DNA of 64,000 nucleotides from a virus. This document shows positions 26,213-36,514 of this stretch, piece after piece. The position numbers and the translations under genes were made by a program. Location: the IMG/VR virus record IMGVR_UViG_3300010939_000064, positions 1-64,000 of that record. One strand, given 5' to 3'. The notes under the pieces were generated by a model that ran no database searches, had not been told where the DNA came from, and saw only the letters and a list, made by a program, of their open reading frames with translations. The stretch's first letter is position 1, and every line of letters begins with the position of its first letter.

Positions 26213-26805
26213 CTTAACAACGACTCTCCCACTAAATCTATATCACAGAAGTATTGTGGACTTCTATTTTTAATAAAATCATTATCATGACTATTTTCAA
26301 TACTACTAAAATCACCAGTTGGTGTAACAACATTATCTTGTCCATCAATAACAATACTAACAGTCCTAATACTATCACTACCAAGAGTAACTTTTCGCCT
26401 AAGCCAAATAGCAACTTCATCACCAATATCAAATGTTCCAATTGGAATCTCAAGTGTATTCCATTCTTTAAATTGAAGAAAATATAATCCTATAGGAACT
26501 GAATCTTCTGTAGCTAATAATTGAGGAGTACTACCACGATCATTAACAGCATATGCAATCTCTGTATCAGCTGGAATTACCAACGTAATAAATCTAGATC
26601 TATAAAAATTTGTTGCAGAAATATTCTTAATATAAAAACATCGATGTTCAATTCTACCATTTATAACTTCAACTCTATTAACATCATCAAATAAATTCTC
26701 TAATGTTGCATTTGGAATAACTTCAGTACTTATAGCTCCACCAATAGAAGTAATTGCAAACTTATTACTTGCTCCTCCGCTGTATCTTAATTCAACATCT
26801 GGCAT
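26209..26805 (-). CDS. hypothetical virion/baseplate protein
   Basis: 198-aa ORF. The N-terminus LRYSGGASNKFAITSIGGAIS is reminiscent of structural proteins of marine phages. Confidence 0.35.
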   Translation of the reverse strand: MPDVELRYSGGASNKFAITSIGGAISTEVIPNATLENLFDDVNRVEVINGRIEHRCFYIKNISATNFYRSRFITLVIPADTEIAYAVNDRGSTPQLLATEDSVPIGLYFLQFKEWNTLEIPIGTFDIGDEVAIWLRRKVTLGSDSIRTVSIVIDGQDNVVTPTGDFSSIENSHDNDFIKNRSPQYFCDIDLVGESLLS

Positions 26806-26807
26806 TT

Positions 26808-28751
26808 TTACCTCCTTTTAATAGTTTCTAACTCTCTAAATGAAAGTACTGCTTCATTAGCTCTCCATTTAACATACTCATCTTGTGTACCAACAATAAA
26901 TGGAAACGGTACACCACCAACTAAGTTATTTGGAAATGTAGGCAAAATACCTATACCAAAAACATTACCAGCTTTTGGATAAGTAAAAGTATAAACCAAT
27001 TCAGAACTTATATCTTCAATCTTAATTGTATCAGGTTTAATCATACTAGAAAGCCACCCAACTGCAGCATTACTATCAGTATTATTATAAACACTATACC
27101 AATTATCATTAAGGGTAAATACACTCAAAGTTTCAATCCCTGTACCACCAGTTGCTGCACCTCCAGTAAGAGTTGCTCCACTTAATGTAATAGTTCCACC
27201 TGTTTGTGACATCGTAATATTATTACCAGAAGTTCCACCAGCTTTAGCAGTTATCGTAACAACATTAGTTACTGAATTTCCATCAGTATCAATTTCAACT
27301 TCTACCATACCTTGTCTTGTATCATTCTTAATAGAATCTGCTAAATCAGTTGCACAAGCTGTACCACTAGTATCAACACTAAATTCTGTATTATTTGCTT
27401 TGACACCGGTAACAGCTGTATAAACTAATCCATTAATCGTAATTGTATCAGTTGCAACAACTGAAACACATGTAGCAGTACCAGTTGCTTTCTTAGTTAA
27501 AGGACTACCACTTTCATCAGTATTCTTAAGTGTATATCCATTAGATTGATTCTTAAAATCACCTGCTAATCTATTAAATGCACTTTTAAATTTAAACTTT
27601 AATTTTGCCTTATTTAACACACTAATATAAGGATCTCCTCTACTCATAATTATCGAATAAATACTTGTACCAAAATTAATATCAAATTTAATTTGCATTT
27701 TAGTAAAATATTCAAATATAATATTTTGAATCTTAAGAGACTTAACTGCAGAATCACTTTCAACTTCTATAGTCATACATTTTTCCCACGAAGGAACAGC
27801 ATCATTATAATTCCATCCCCATACTTCTATGTTTGGATTAACAGTCTTAACAATAAGTCTAATCATTCCATTTTCAATAACTCTGTTGCCTTCAAATTTA
27901 TAATCTCTAGACCTAATTTCTTTCCAATTTGCTTCAACTGGATTATTGAGATCATCATACATTCTAACTTTTCCTATAAATCTCTCATCAGTAGTTCTAT
28001 CGAATTTAATAAAAATCTTAGGATAATCTATAAATATAAAATCACTCTTAATAATTCTCAAAACTTCTTCTGAATTGTGATTATGTATAGCAACATTACA
28101 TTCACCAAGTTTAGCTTTTAAATTGCCAATCCATTTCCTAGTTTTAATCTGAGTAGCTGTTCCATAATTAGCAAAACTATAAAACTTAGACATACCATTT
28201 ATAAGAAAATCAAATTCAAAAAAATATTCATCTATTCCACTATCAAGTACTTCATTATATATAACAGTGTCAACATCATCAACCGTTTCAAGAACATCAA
28301 GTTCTAAATTATTTTCCTTTAATGAAAGTATAAAAAATAATGCATCTTTACTAAGTAAATCTGTAAGATGATAATGTGCTTCAAGTACTGGAACTGGAAC
28401 ACCATGACTAGTAATTGGTAACTTTAAATGTCCTCTTATTCTCATTCCCGGATAAAAATATGTAAAACTAGAAAAACTACCAATTAACTTTGCGGTTATA
28501 GTTCCAGCAGTTTCTAATTCTGCAGCAAGTTCGATTTCACTATTATTATTAACACTAATTGATTTTGTATTATCATCTATATCACCTTTAGAATCTTGTT
28601 GTATAATTCCAGCCATAGAAATATTATAATCTGTACCAAATAATAAAATAATAACATTAACATCTCCATCTTTACTTTTTCTAACAATACTTGAAGTAAC
28701 AGGTCTAAATGTTAAAGGATCTCCTGTTGTAGCTATAGTTAATCTTGTCAT
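26808..28751 (-). CDS. tail-tip / baseplate hub protein (Tal-like position) with shared C-terminal module
   Basis: 647 aa, second gene after the tape measure. Residues 423-530 are paralogous to part of 19638..20414. Confidence 0.45.
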   Translation of the reverse strand: MTRLTIATTGDPLTFRPVTSSIVRKSKDGDVNVIILLFGTDYNISMAGIIQQDSKGDIDDNTKSISVNNNSEIELAAELETAGTITAKLIGSFSSFTYFYPGMRIRGHLKLPITSHGVPVPVLEAHYHLTDLLSKDALFFILSLKENNLELDVLETVDDVDTVIYNEVLDSGIDEYFFEFDFLINGMSKFYSFANYGTATQIKTRKWIGNLKAKLGECNVAIHNHNSEEVLRIIKSDFIFIDYPKIFIKFDRTTDERFIGKVRMYDDLNNPVEANWKEIRSRDYKFEGNRVIENGMIRLIVKTVNPNIEVWGWNYNDAVPSWEKCMTIEVESDSAVKSLKIQNIIFEYFTKMQIKFDINFGTSIYSIIMSRGDPYISVLNKAKLKFKFKSAFNRLAGDFKNQSNGYTLKNTDESGSPLTKKATGTATCVSVVATDTITINGLVYTAVTGVKANNTEFSVDTSGTACATDLADSIKNDTRQGMVEVEIDTDGNSVTNVVTITAKAGGTSGNNITMSQTGGTITLSGATLTGGAATGGTGIETLSVFTLNDNWYSVYNNTDSNAAVGWLSSMIKPDTIKIEDISSELVYTFTYPKAGNVFGIGILPTFPNNLVGGVPFPFIVGTQDEYVKWRANEAVLSFRELETIKRR

Positions 28752-29302
28752 ACTTCTAAGGGAATACCAAATACTACCTTAAACAGTTCAATTGGACCAA
28801 AATCAGTTACCTCAAGATCTGTATCTGTTTGTTCAGTCAACTCATTTAATTGTTGTAACCCAAGTGCATCTTCATCTGTATCAGTAAAACCATCAATACC
28901 TTCTTGAGTTTCACCTTCATCTGGTAATTCTGTTAAAGTTAATGTATACGGTAATGCTTGTACAACTTCTCCTAAAAATTTAACAAACAATGGACCTTTT
29001 CTACTAATAACCAAACTTTTAACTGCATATTTAGTTGTGTTAAAAATCTTTTGATCTAAAGGAATAGTTATAATCACAGTATTAGTATCTGCACTTTTAG
29101 CAATTTGATCAAGAGCAAATGCTTTACCTTCAGGATAAACAATTCCTTTAATTGTGTAATCAAACGCTCTTGCAGTTGACTTAGTAAGACTTGGAAAAAA
29201 GTTAAACAAAGTTTCACTTTTAAACGTTCTAGAAATATTTCTTTCATCTGTATCTGGAGCTATCTCTAACTCAACATCATCAATAAACCAACCACTTGCC
29301 AT
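28748..29302 (-). CDS. distal tail protein (Dit-like by position)
   Basis: 184-aa ORF immediately downstream of the tape measure gene. Confidence 0.4.
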   Translation of the reverse strand: MASGWFIDDVELEIAPDTDERNISRTFKSETLFNFFPSLTKSTARAFDYTIKGIVYPEGKAFALDQIAKSADTNTVIITIPLDQKIFNTTKYAVKSLVISRKGPLFVKFLGEVVQALPYTLTLTELPDEGETQEGIDGFTDTDEDALGLQQLNELTEQTDTDLEVTDFGPIELFKVVFGIPLEV

Positions 29303-29303
29303 T

Positions 29304-32300
29304 TTATGTACTCACTATTGTTCCTATTCTTTTTTGTAAAACACTATCTAATTCATCAGTAATACTAGTAGCAATCTCTGCTACATTTTGACCATTTGCA
29401 TTTTCTACTGTAATAGTCGGTTGTATTAGAATACTAATATCTTGCGATAGATTTACTTGATTTCTTCTTGTAGTTGCTAAATTAGTAGCTGCACCAGCAA
29501 TAGCCGCCCTATCAGCTCCTGATACACCAGGATCTGTAATAGAGAATCTACCAGATGCAGAAACCCTTAAACTAGCAAGTTTACCAGCAGCTCTATTACC
29601 TTGAGCAATTAAATTAGCAAACATTAAATTAGTAGCTGCAACCATTATAGCTAATGTAGACAAATTATTAATATTCTTAATTACTTCAACAATATTTGTA
29701 CGTAATAAACCTGTCAAAACTAATAAAAGCTGCGTATGTCTAATTATTATAGTATTATTAGCCCTAATAATAGCATTTGCTCTTTCCTTTAATTCATTTG
29801 AGAGTGAAGTTAATGAAGCAGTTTCTTCAAATAATTCATTATTTTCTCCTTGTAATTCAGTAAAAGTAGTCATTTCTTCAGCAAATGCTTCTGGTACTCC
29901 ACCTGTAAAAAAATCAATTAAAGGTTGAAACGCTTCTGTTATCTGATCAATAATCCTATTTCCACCACCAACTTTCTCACCATTTCTTGTTCTATCGAGA
30001 GGATCAAAAAATGGTACTTTTGGAGCAGGAATTCCAATAGCTTCGCTAGGACTTGGTACATCAAAACCTAATCTTCTAGCTATCTCTTTAATTGTACTAG
30101 TACCAAATAATTGTTCTGTTAAAACATCAAGAATAGCAGCTGCTGTCAATGCTGACGCAATTGCTAATAACGCCCCACCTACAAACGATAAACCAAATTT
30201 AGTACCAGCAGCTGCTCCTCCAACAGCAGATGATATCCCGATTCTAGCAAAAATACCAGTAAGCCATGCACCAGCTGCCATCACAAGACGAGCTGCAGTA
30301 GTCCAAACAGCACCAAATGCAGCACCTATAGCTGCACCAAATGCAGCAAATCTAACACTAATTGCTGCTATTACTCTAGATATCCAAGCAGTAGATTTCA
30401 TTGTAGTTGCAGCACTAATAGTAAATCCGCTTCCGAATGCAATACCACTAACTCCTCCGCCAAATCCTAATTTAACAGCAATAGCAGCAATCAATGTTGT
30501 TATCCAAGCTCCAGCAGCCATAATAGCTCTACTCGCCGCTGTGAAAGCACCTCCAAATGCACCACCTGCAGTAGCACCCATTACAACAAATATACCAGCT
30601 AATTTAATTGCTAATCGTTTAAGCCATGCACCTGCACCTATAAATGCATTAGCTAAAATATTAAATGCAGCACCAAAAAATAATCCTGCTCTTGCACCAA
30701 TTGCTATAAATTTAGGAACTAAAAATTTTAACCCACTAGTTATTCCTCCAACTATTTTTCGTCCTACTCCTCTAAAAGCATTTACCATCCCTACAGCAAC
30801 TTTCTTTATTGAAAGAAGTAATCCTTTAAACGTTTTACTTAAAAACATTATAGCAGTTCTTAATAATTTACTCTTCTCCATAAGTTTCTCGTATACACTA
30901 ATTAACATAGCTATACTACCAGCTACCAGAAATATAACTCCCATTGCAATCAATGCGCCAACTAGAGCAGTCGTAGCTGTAGCTAAAAATCTTACCAAAG
31001 ACGCATTATTTTTTAATATATTACTAAAAAATTTCAACGGTGGAATAATTAAATTAAGACCTTTAACTAACGTATCACCCATAGTTTTACCAAATTGTTC
31101 AAGTACATTAATAAATTCTTTATCTTGACTAAATAATCTAACTGCAGCAGTAAAAGTTTTAAATGTTGGTATCAGACCACTTGCAAATTCTGTCTTAAGA
31201 TTTCTAAGTTCATTTTCAAAAGTTTGTAATTGAACAGATGCTCCTTCACCTAATGCAGCTGATAATAAGTCAGCTGTTCCTACTTTTTTAACTCCAGCTG
31301 TTAATTCATTAAGTTCTTCTTCTGTAGCTTGCATTAAACTAAGAAAACCCCTTATTTCAATTTTACTAAATCCAAATTCTTCTAGTAAAGCAGTCTCAAA
31401 AATTTGCCCCTTACCTTCAGCTCTCATTTTTGCAAATGCTATTCTAGATTGATTTATAATATCTGTAAAACTATTATATTCACCAGCGGCATCTACAATT
31501 TCAATACCCATACTTCTAATCTTAGGATTAAGTGCTACTGTAAGGGATGCTAACTTATTTATAACATTTCCAAATGTTCTACCAGCCGCGCCTGCTTTTC
31601 TACCACCTTTTTCAAAGAAGAAACCTGTTAATGCTAATGATTCATTAATATCTAATCCAAATCTTTGCATTTCTGCACCAGCAAATCCTAACGACGAAAC
31701 TAATTGATTTAATTCAATAGCACCTTGTTGATTTACATTAACTAATTTATCAAGAAATACATCTAAATCCTTTGCTCCAATACTAAATTGTACCATTACT
31801 CTTCTTAAATCAACAGCTGTTTTTGGTAATCCAGCTCCTTCTGTTTTATCTATTCTTGCCATTTTTAACAAATTTTCAGTAACTTCTTCAATATCATCTA
31901 ATGATGTACTAGAAGGAAAAGCTCTTCCAATTTGTTCAAACGCTGATCCAACATCTGCTCTTGTAAATTCTCCAAATATCCGTTGTAAGTTTTTAATTCT
32001 ATCACTAACAATATCAAATTCACGAAGATTACCACCTAAGAAATTTTCTAAATTAATACCAGATTGAACAATTGCTCTATTCATTGCACCAAGGTCTTCT
32101 ACTCCTTCTCTAACTATATCAATAAAAAATCTTTTAAGCATATCACCAGCAAAACTAGCTGTACTACCTAAAGCAAGCATTCTAAATCCTAAAAGACTTA
32201 TACCACCTGCAGCAGCTTGAGAACTTCTTCCAGTCTTTCCAGTTGCTTTAGTATATTTAGTAGTATTTTTTATTAATCTTTTAAGAGATGCTGCAGCTCT

Positions 32301-32525
32301 TTTTTGTTTACTTTCTTGCGATTTTAAAGCTTTAGTAAATTTCCTTGACTTATTAGATGCAGAATTAAACTTTGAATCTAATCGTTTAAGACTTCCACCA
32401 AGTTTAGTCATATCTTTAGACATTGATTTAATTTTAGTACTCAGTCTAGTTAGATGTTGGAACATCTTTTTTAACTGAGATGCATTAACGTTAAACCTTA
32501 TATTAACACTTGTTTCACTACTCAT
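29304..32525 (-). CDS. tail tape measure protein
   Basis: 1073 aa, directly downstream of the chaperone genes. Helical N-terminal part and a central Gly/Ala-rich hydrophobic region with four repeats (..AGAWLKRL.., ..AAGAWITTL.., ..STAWISRV.., ..AAGAWLTGI..). Confidence 0.8.
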   Translation of the reverse strand: MSSETSVNIRFNVNASQLKKMFQHLTRLSTKIKSMSKDMTKLGGSLKRLDSKFNSASNKSRKFTKALKSQESKQKRAAASLKRLIKNTTKYTKATGKTGRSSQAAAGGISLLGFRMLALGSTASFAGDMLKRFFIDIVREGVEDLGAMNRAIVQSGINLENFLGGNLREFDIVSDRIKNLQRIFGEFTRADVGSAFEQIGRAFPSSTSLDDIEEVTENLLKMARIDKTEGAGLPKTAVDLRRVMVQFSIGAKDLDVFLDKLVNVNQQGAIELNQLVSSLGFAGAEMQRFGLDINESLALTGFFFEKGGRKAGAAGRTFGNVINKLASLTVALNPKIRSMGIEIVDAAGEYNSFTDIINQSRIAFAKMRAEGKGQIFETALLEEFGFSKIEIRGFLSLMQATEEELNELTAGVKKVGTADLLSAALGEGASVQLQTFENELRNLKTEFASGLIPTFKTFTAAVRLFSQDKEFINVLEQFGKTMGDTLVKGLNLIIPPLKFFSNILKNNASLVRFLATATTALVGALIAMGVIFLVAGSIAMLISVYEKLMEKSKLLRTAIMFLSKTFKGLLLSIKKVAVGMVNAFRGVGRKIVGGITSGLKFLVPKFIAIGARAGLFFGAAFNILANAFIGAGAWLKRLAIKLAGIFVVMGATAGGAFGGAFTAASRAIMAAGAWITTLIAAIAVKLGFGGGVSGIAFGSGFTISAATTMKSTAWISRVIAAISVRFAAFGAAIGAAFGAVWTTAARLVMAAGAWLTGIFARIGISSAVGGAAAGTKFGLSFVGGALLAIASALTAAAILDVLTEQLFGTSTIKEIARRLGFDVPSPSEAIGIPAPKVPFFDPLDRTRNGEKVGGGNRIIDQITEAFQPLIDFFTGGVPEAFAEEMTTFTELQGENNELFEETASLTSLSNELKERANAIIRANNTIIIRHTQLLLVLTGLLRTNIVEVIKNINNLSTLAIMVAATNLMFANLIAQGNRAAGKLASLRVSASGRFSITDPGVSGADRAAIAGAATNLATTRRNQVNLSQDISILIQPTITVENANGQNVAEIATSITDELDSVLQKRIGTIVST

Positions 32526-32527
32526 TT

Positions 32528-32749
32528 CTACTTTCTACTTTTGAATTTATGTATTCTTGCAGTCTGTCCACTCTTATCATTTATTTGTTTATTTTCTTCT
32601 TCTATTATTTTTTCTAAAATTTTTATACTTAATAGCATCCCTGGTAAACTATCTGTTTTATATCCCAATAGTTCGTGTGGTAAGTATGCAGGGATTGCTT
32701 TACATACATTGCCCACATTCATTACAAATTGAGATTTAATTAATTTTTT
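32528..32749 (-). CDS. -1 frameshift extension of the tail assembly chaperone (gpGT-like product)
   Basis: Slippery heptamer A_AAA_AAT (plus-strand ATTTTTT, 32743-32749) lies just before the chaperone stop. The -1 frame is open from there through ORF 32528..32722. Confidence 0.55.
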   Translation of the reverse strand, partial: KKLIKSQFVMNVGNVCKAIPAYLPHELLGYKTDSLPGMLLSIKILEKIIEEENKQINDKSGQTARIHKFKSRK

Positions 32750-33168
32750 CTTTTTTGTTCTTCTTTGTCTGATAGTCCAGATATTGACATGATCTCATTA
32801 AATAAATCCATGAGAACATCCATTGGAACATCAGTCAAACTTAATGTTTCCGGATCAGTACTTACACCATCAACAACCTTAGGGTTAATACAGCAATAAG
32901 GAAATACAACTTTCATTGCTGGATAATATACATCTGCGAAAACTTTTAATCCATCAAGTTGTGTTAACTTTTCTAGATCTAAGCCTTCTGACTTCATTGC
33001 TTGTCCCATCGATGCATATATATCATTATTCATTGGTCTAACAGTGAATTTTATATCACCATGTTTTTTGTTCTTAACAATGACTTCAACAGATTGAGGG
33101 CGTGAAAAAAGACCCTTAATCTCTAACCCTTCGTATACTTTTTCTACCTTAGTTAATTCTGTGGTCAT
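32740..33168 (-). CDS. tail assembly chaperone (gpG-like)
   Basis: 142 aa, located between the tail tube and tape measure genes. It ends in the slippery site. Confidence 0.6.
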   Translation of the reverse strand: MTTELTKVEKVYEGLEIKGLFSRPQSVEVIVKNKKHGDIKFTVRPMNNDIYASMGQAMKSEGLDLEKLTQLDGLKVFADVYYPAMKVVFPYCCINPKVVDGVSTDPETLSLTDVPMDVLMDLFNEIMSISGLSDKEEQKRKN

Positions 33169-34151
33169 ATCGCAAATTCTGCTGCAGTTTCATCGTTATA
33201 AACGACAAGTTGAATGCCGTTTTCATCTACACCAGGATCAGTTTCTGCTTGGAAATTAACTTCCAAAATAAATTCGTTACTACCATCTGTTGGTAACTTA
33301 GCACTATCATAAGATATTTTACCAAGTATAACCTCCATTTGTCGATAATTAGCTGTACCAATAGTACCAGTTGCAAATAGAAATTCAAGTTTGACTTCTA
33401 CTTCATCTAATACATCAGTATATCTAACAATGTCGTCAAAAGCAATAGTAACTGATCCAGTTATTTCTAAACCTTGTACTCTAAGATCAGGTAAGAACCT
33501 ACTTCCAAATGAATGGTTATCTTCAACAAGATCATTACCAATATCTACACTGAAATTTCGTACATACCCAACTGTAGCACCATCAACTTTTGCAACCACT
33601 TCAGTTCCCAAAAATGATCTTTCCTTTACATCATAATCTGGAAATGTTGGTGTTAACAAAGTTCCTGGCGGAGTAAGTTCCTTTCTTACTAAAAGATCAA
33701 ACGTTGCCATTGCAGGATCTCCAATTGTATAATCTAGCTTCAAACTTTTAATAGCACATCCAACAAATTGATGTTGATTCAAATCTTTCCCAATACCCAT
33801 TCTAAACGATGGTATTGTTGTCGATGGAACTATTACATGTTTAAAATTCGGTGGTGTCAATAGAGTTATTGGTTCTGTGGTTGTAACTTGTCCTAATGCA
33901 TAATACAAAAGAGTTGTTGTTCCTCTTGTATATAATGGGACAGCGATCTCTCCACCAGTAACTCTTGGTCCAAGAAGTCTACTACGTGCTAATCTTCTTG
34001 CGCTTGTTTCAGTATAGACAAAACCATGTTCTTCACTGATATCTTCACTTACTTGATCAACAGCATGTGCTGCTGCTGCTGCCGCAAATGCAACAAAAGT
34101 TTCTATAGCCCAAGCTTGTTCTTCGAATATCACATATCTATTATTTACCAT
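33165..34151 (-). CDS. major tail (tube) protein
   Basis: 328 aa, immediately upstream of the chaperone genes. No sheath gene is present. Confidence 0.5.
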   Translation of the reverse strand: MVNNRYVIFEEQAWAIETFVAFAAAAAAHAVDQVSEDISEEHGFVYTETSARRLARSRLLGPRVTGGEIAVPLYTRGTTTLLYYALGQVTTTEPITLLTPPNFKHVIVPSTTIPSFRMGIGKDLNQHQFVGCAIKSLKLDYTIGDPAMATFDLLVRKELTPPGTLLTPTFPDYDVKERSFLGTEVVAKVDGATVGYVRNFSVDIGNDLVEDNHSFGSRFLPDLRVQGLEITGSVTIAFDDIVRYTDVLDEVEVKLEFLFATGTIGTANYRQMEVILGKISYDSAKLPTDGSNEFILEVNFQAETDPGVDENGIQLVVYNDETAAEFAI

Positions 34152-34157
34152 CTATAT

Positions 34158-34592
34158 TCACCTCGTAGCAAATATTTTATACTCACATTGAAATGTGAGA
34201 TTTATCATTCTTTCTTTTTCTACTATAGGATTATCAAAGGCAATATTAACTGTAACAGTTGATACGCCATTTATAAAATTTTGTTTATCATAAAGTGCTT
34301 GTAATAAAGCATTACCTTTAGTCATCATTTCAGCCCATGCATCTTTAAAGTTATCATCTGCTTCCATATCATAATGCATAAAAATATCAATTAATAAATT
34401 TGGTAAACTAAGTGAACCAGAAAATTCTCTGGTAATAATTTGTTGTGGTAAAATATTAAACCCGTATTTTCCTCTTTCAACTGTAAGTTCAGGAGTATAA
34501 GTTTCAATAATATAATCATTATCTAAAGTCTTAATAATGTCATAATCTTTATTAATAATATTGTCAATATGTGTTAATGAATTAGTTGGCAT
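34158..34592 (-). CDS. tail completion / neck protein (by position)
   Basis: 144-aa ORF between the gp10-like gene and the tail tube gene. Confidence 0.3.
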   Translation of the reverse strand: MPTNSLTHIDNIINKDYDIIKTLDNDYIIETYTPELTVERGKYGFNILPQQIITREFSGSLSLPNLLIDIFMHYDMEADDNFKDAWAEMMTKGNALLQALYDKQNFINGVSTVTVNIAFDNPIVEKERMINLTFQCEYKIFATR

Positions 34593-35041
34593 TAATTAAT
34601 AAATCTTCTAATATTAAATCTTCCTTGTCCATAATGATTATCGACAATAACTTGTGCATTTCGAATAATCTCAATCTTACTAAGAGTAATAAAATTATTA
34701 GCCTTAGTTCCTGGATGCATTCCAAACTTGATTCTCTTCTTTAACACAGGTACATATGCACCTTGACTTGGTCTTGTTTTTCTAATAACAAATTTACTAT
34801 GTGCAGCAGTAGGCATTATCTTAACAAAACCTCTAAAAACTCCTTCAGATTCTCTTCTTTTCGATTCAACTATTTGTATTGAATTCCTAAATTTACCAGA
34901 ATGAACAGGTGCTTTCTTTTTCATCACTCTTAAAGCCATCTTTTGAACTCTATTAATAATAGAAGCATTCTTAATTCTAACTGAATTCATAGCTTCTCCT
35001 TCTCTAGGTCGAATAGTAGAAGTAATCTTGATAACACTCAT
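34592..35041 (-). CDS. HK97 gp10-like head-tail joining protein
   Basis: RVMKKKAPVHSGKFRNSIQ matches the a..aPv.tG.lr.si motif of this family. Confidence 0.5.
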   Translation of the reverse strand: MSVIKITSTIRPREGEAMNSVRIKNASIINRVQKMALRVMKKKAPVHSGKFRNSIQIVESKRRESEGVFRGFVKIMPTAAHSKFVIRKTRPSQGAYVPVLKKRIKFGMHPGTKANNFITLSKIEIIRNAQVIVDNHYGQGRFNIRRFIN

Positions 35042-35466
35042 AGTAAATCAGTCCTGTCTATATCTACAAAACTTCCACCAGTTTTAAGAATTGGTAAAGG
35101 ATCATTAAGCGTCTGTTCTGCCTCTGTCATAATACTCACATTAATTAATGCTGCTGCAGATTGAGCAAGTTCCTTATAATGTTCTAAATTTGCTCTAAAT
35201 GCACCTATATCTTGTAATTGTAAAGCCTGACTAATTGAATTACCATAAGCACCAAAACAATGCCAAGCTGCAATAGCATATATTGCATCAACAACCACTG
35301 TCTGATTTGTAGTGTCAATATCAATCTGATAAAAAATCATATTATATGCTCTTTTAATAACTGCAGTAATAGTTTCTGCTTTTAAAAACTTTTGAGCAGG
35401 TTGATCTAAAAGCTTCTTTACTTCAGATTCTTTCAAATTTAATGCTGATAACGATAATCCACTCAT
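35038..35466 (-). CDS. head-tail connector/adaptor protein
   Basis: 142 aa, all-helical, first gene after the capsid gene terminator. Confidence 0.4.
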   Translation of the reverse strand: MSGLSLSALNLKESEVKKLLDQPAQKFLKAETITAVIKRAYNMIFYQIDIDTTNQTVVVDAIYAIAAWHCFGAYGNSISQALQLQDIGAFRANLEHYKELAQSAAALINVSIMTEAEQTLNDPLPILKTGGSFVDIDRTDLL

Positions 35467-35489
35467 TTCTTTAATTTATTAATCATAAT

Positions 35490-35526
35490 AAAAAAAAAAA
35501 GAAATAGAACCGTCTATGCGACGGTT
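35490..35526 (-). terminator. stem-loop plus T11 terminator after the major capsid gene
   Basis: On the minus strand: AACCGTC-GCATA-GACGGTT (the stem spans the stop codon), then CTATTTC and T11. Confidence 0.6.
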
Positions 35527-36512
35527 GCTATAACTCCTATTCTCCTATTTTCAGTCAATGAACCGTCTGACTCAGATGGTGTCACTGCAAATTTCATCCA
35601 AGAGTTTGTACTAACTCTTTTACCATTTTCATCCACTGTTGTGAATATACTTGGTAAATCTCTGCCATTGAAAGTATAGAACTTTCCAACATGTCTATCT
35701 TGAGTTGGAATTACAATTGCTTTATCTGTTACAGGCCATACTGTTAGATCCTGTAAGTTAAATGGTGGACGTGTATAGATAATCTGTGCCCCTAGTCTTT
35801 GACTAATTAACTCAGATAATCCAATCTTTATACCATCAACGATTGTAATTTTCTCTAATGCTTCCCTTGCTTGAATTGGAGCAATTACAGTAAACCATTT
35901 ATCTACCTTAGCATTTGGATTAATACCACTATTTTCAACAATGTTATTAATCATTTTGTTAATATCTGCGTATACATCACCAGTTGAAATCCAAGTCGCT
36001 GCTGCTGTAAAATCATTAGCTGCCAATGATTTATCATCCAACTCAACTAACATGTGATTATCCATCTTAGCACCTAATTGTTCAGCACCTTCCATTACAG
36101 AATCATTTTCTGCAAGACTACCACCTTCTAAAAGAGCTTCGTGCATAATATTATATGTCACATTCGCTCGATCTAACGTAATAGTCTTTGGAATAAGTGG
36201 ACCATTAACTGTTTGTCTGCCCATATTACCTGTAGGACCATCTATTGGATATTGTACGATAACTCCGCCATTAGCAGATCTTTCCATAATAGTATTTAAA
36301 CCACTAATTGATCTAAATATTACAGATCTTTCTGCTACTGATAATAAAGCTGCGGTTCTCTCAATAAAATCTTTTTCAATACCTCTTTGCACAACATTTC
36401 TAAAATCAGCTGCGCCATATTTTTGTAAGATTTCCTTATATCGTGGATTTGTTGGGTCACTTGCACTTACATATGGAATCCATCCTATCATATCATTACC
36501 TATTGAAGACAT
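35514..36512 (-). CDS. major capsid protein (HK97-fold)
   Basis: 332 aa. It follows the scaffold and decoration genes and is followed by the strongest terminator in the module. Confidence 0.7.
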   Translation of the reverse strand: MSSIGNDMIGWIPYVSASDPTNPRYKEILQKYGAADFRNVVQRGIEKDFIERTAALLSVAERSVIFRSISGLNTIMERSANGGVIVQYPIDGPTGNMGRQTVNGPLIPKTITLDRANVTYNIMHEALLEGGSLAENDSVMEGAEQLGAKMDNHMLVELDDKSLAANDFTAAATWISTGDVYADINKMINNIVENSGINPNAKVDKWFTVIAPIQAREALEKITIVDGIKIGLSELISQRLGAQIIYTRPPFNLQDLTVWPVTDKAIVIPTQDRHVGKFYTFNGRDLPSIFTTVDENGKRVSTNSWMKFAVTPSESDGSLTENRRIGVIATVA

Positions 36513-36514
36513 GA

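Noticed and set aside
19767-27485. A diversity-generating retroelement (template/variable repeat pair) as the explanation for the ~320-nt similarity between the two tail genes.
   Set aside because: No reverse transcriptase gene is present in the window. Both copies are in-frame internal coding segments. The differences are spread over all base types rather than confined to adenine positions. The identity is far too low for a TR/VR pair.
30541-31128. A 195-aa plus-strand ORF, together with similar antisense ORFs at 20005, 22462, 23470, 27693, 33391, 37164 and 37497.
   Set aside because: They lie entirely antisense inside well-supported minus-strand structural genes. Their products are low-complexity (Pro/Ala/Asn- or Ser/Thr-rich). 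They have no start context and break the otherwise perfect gene tiling.
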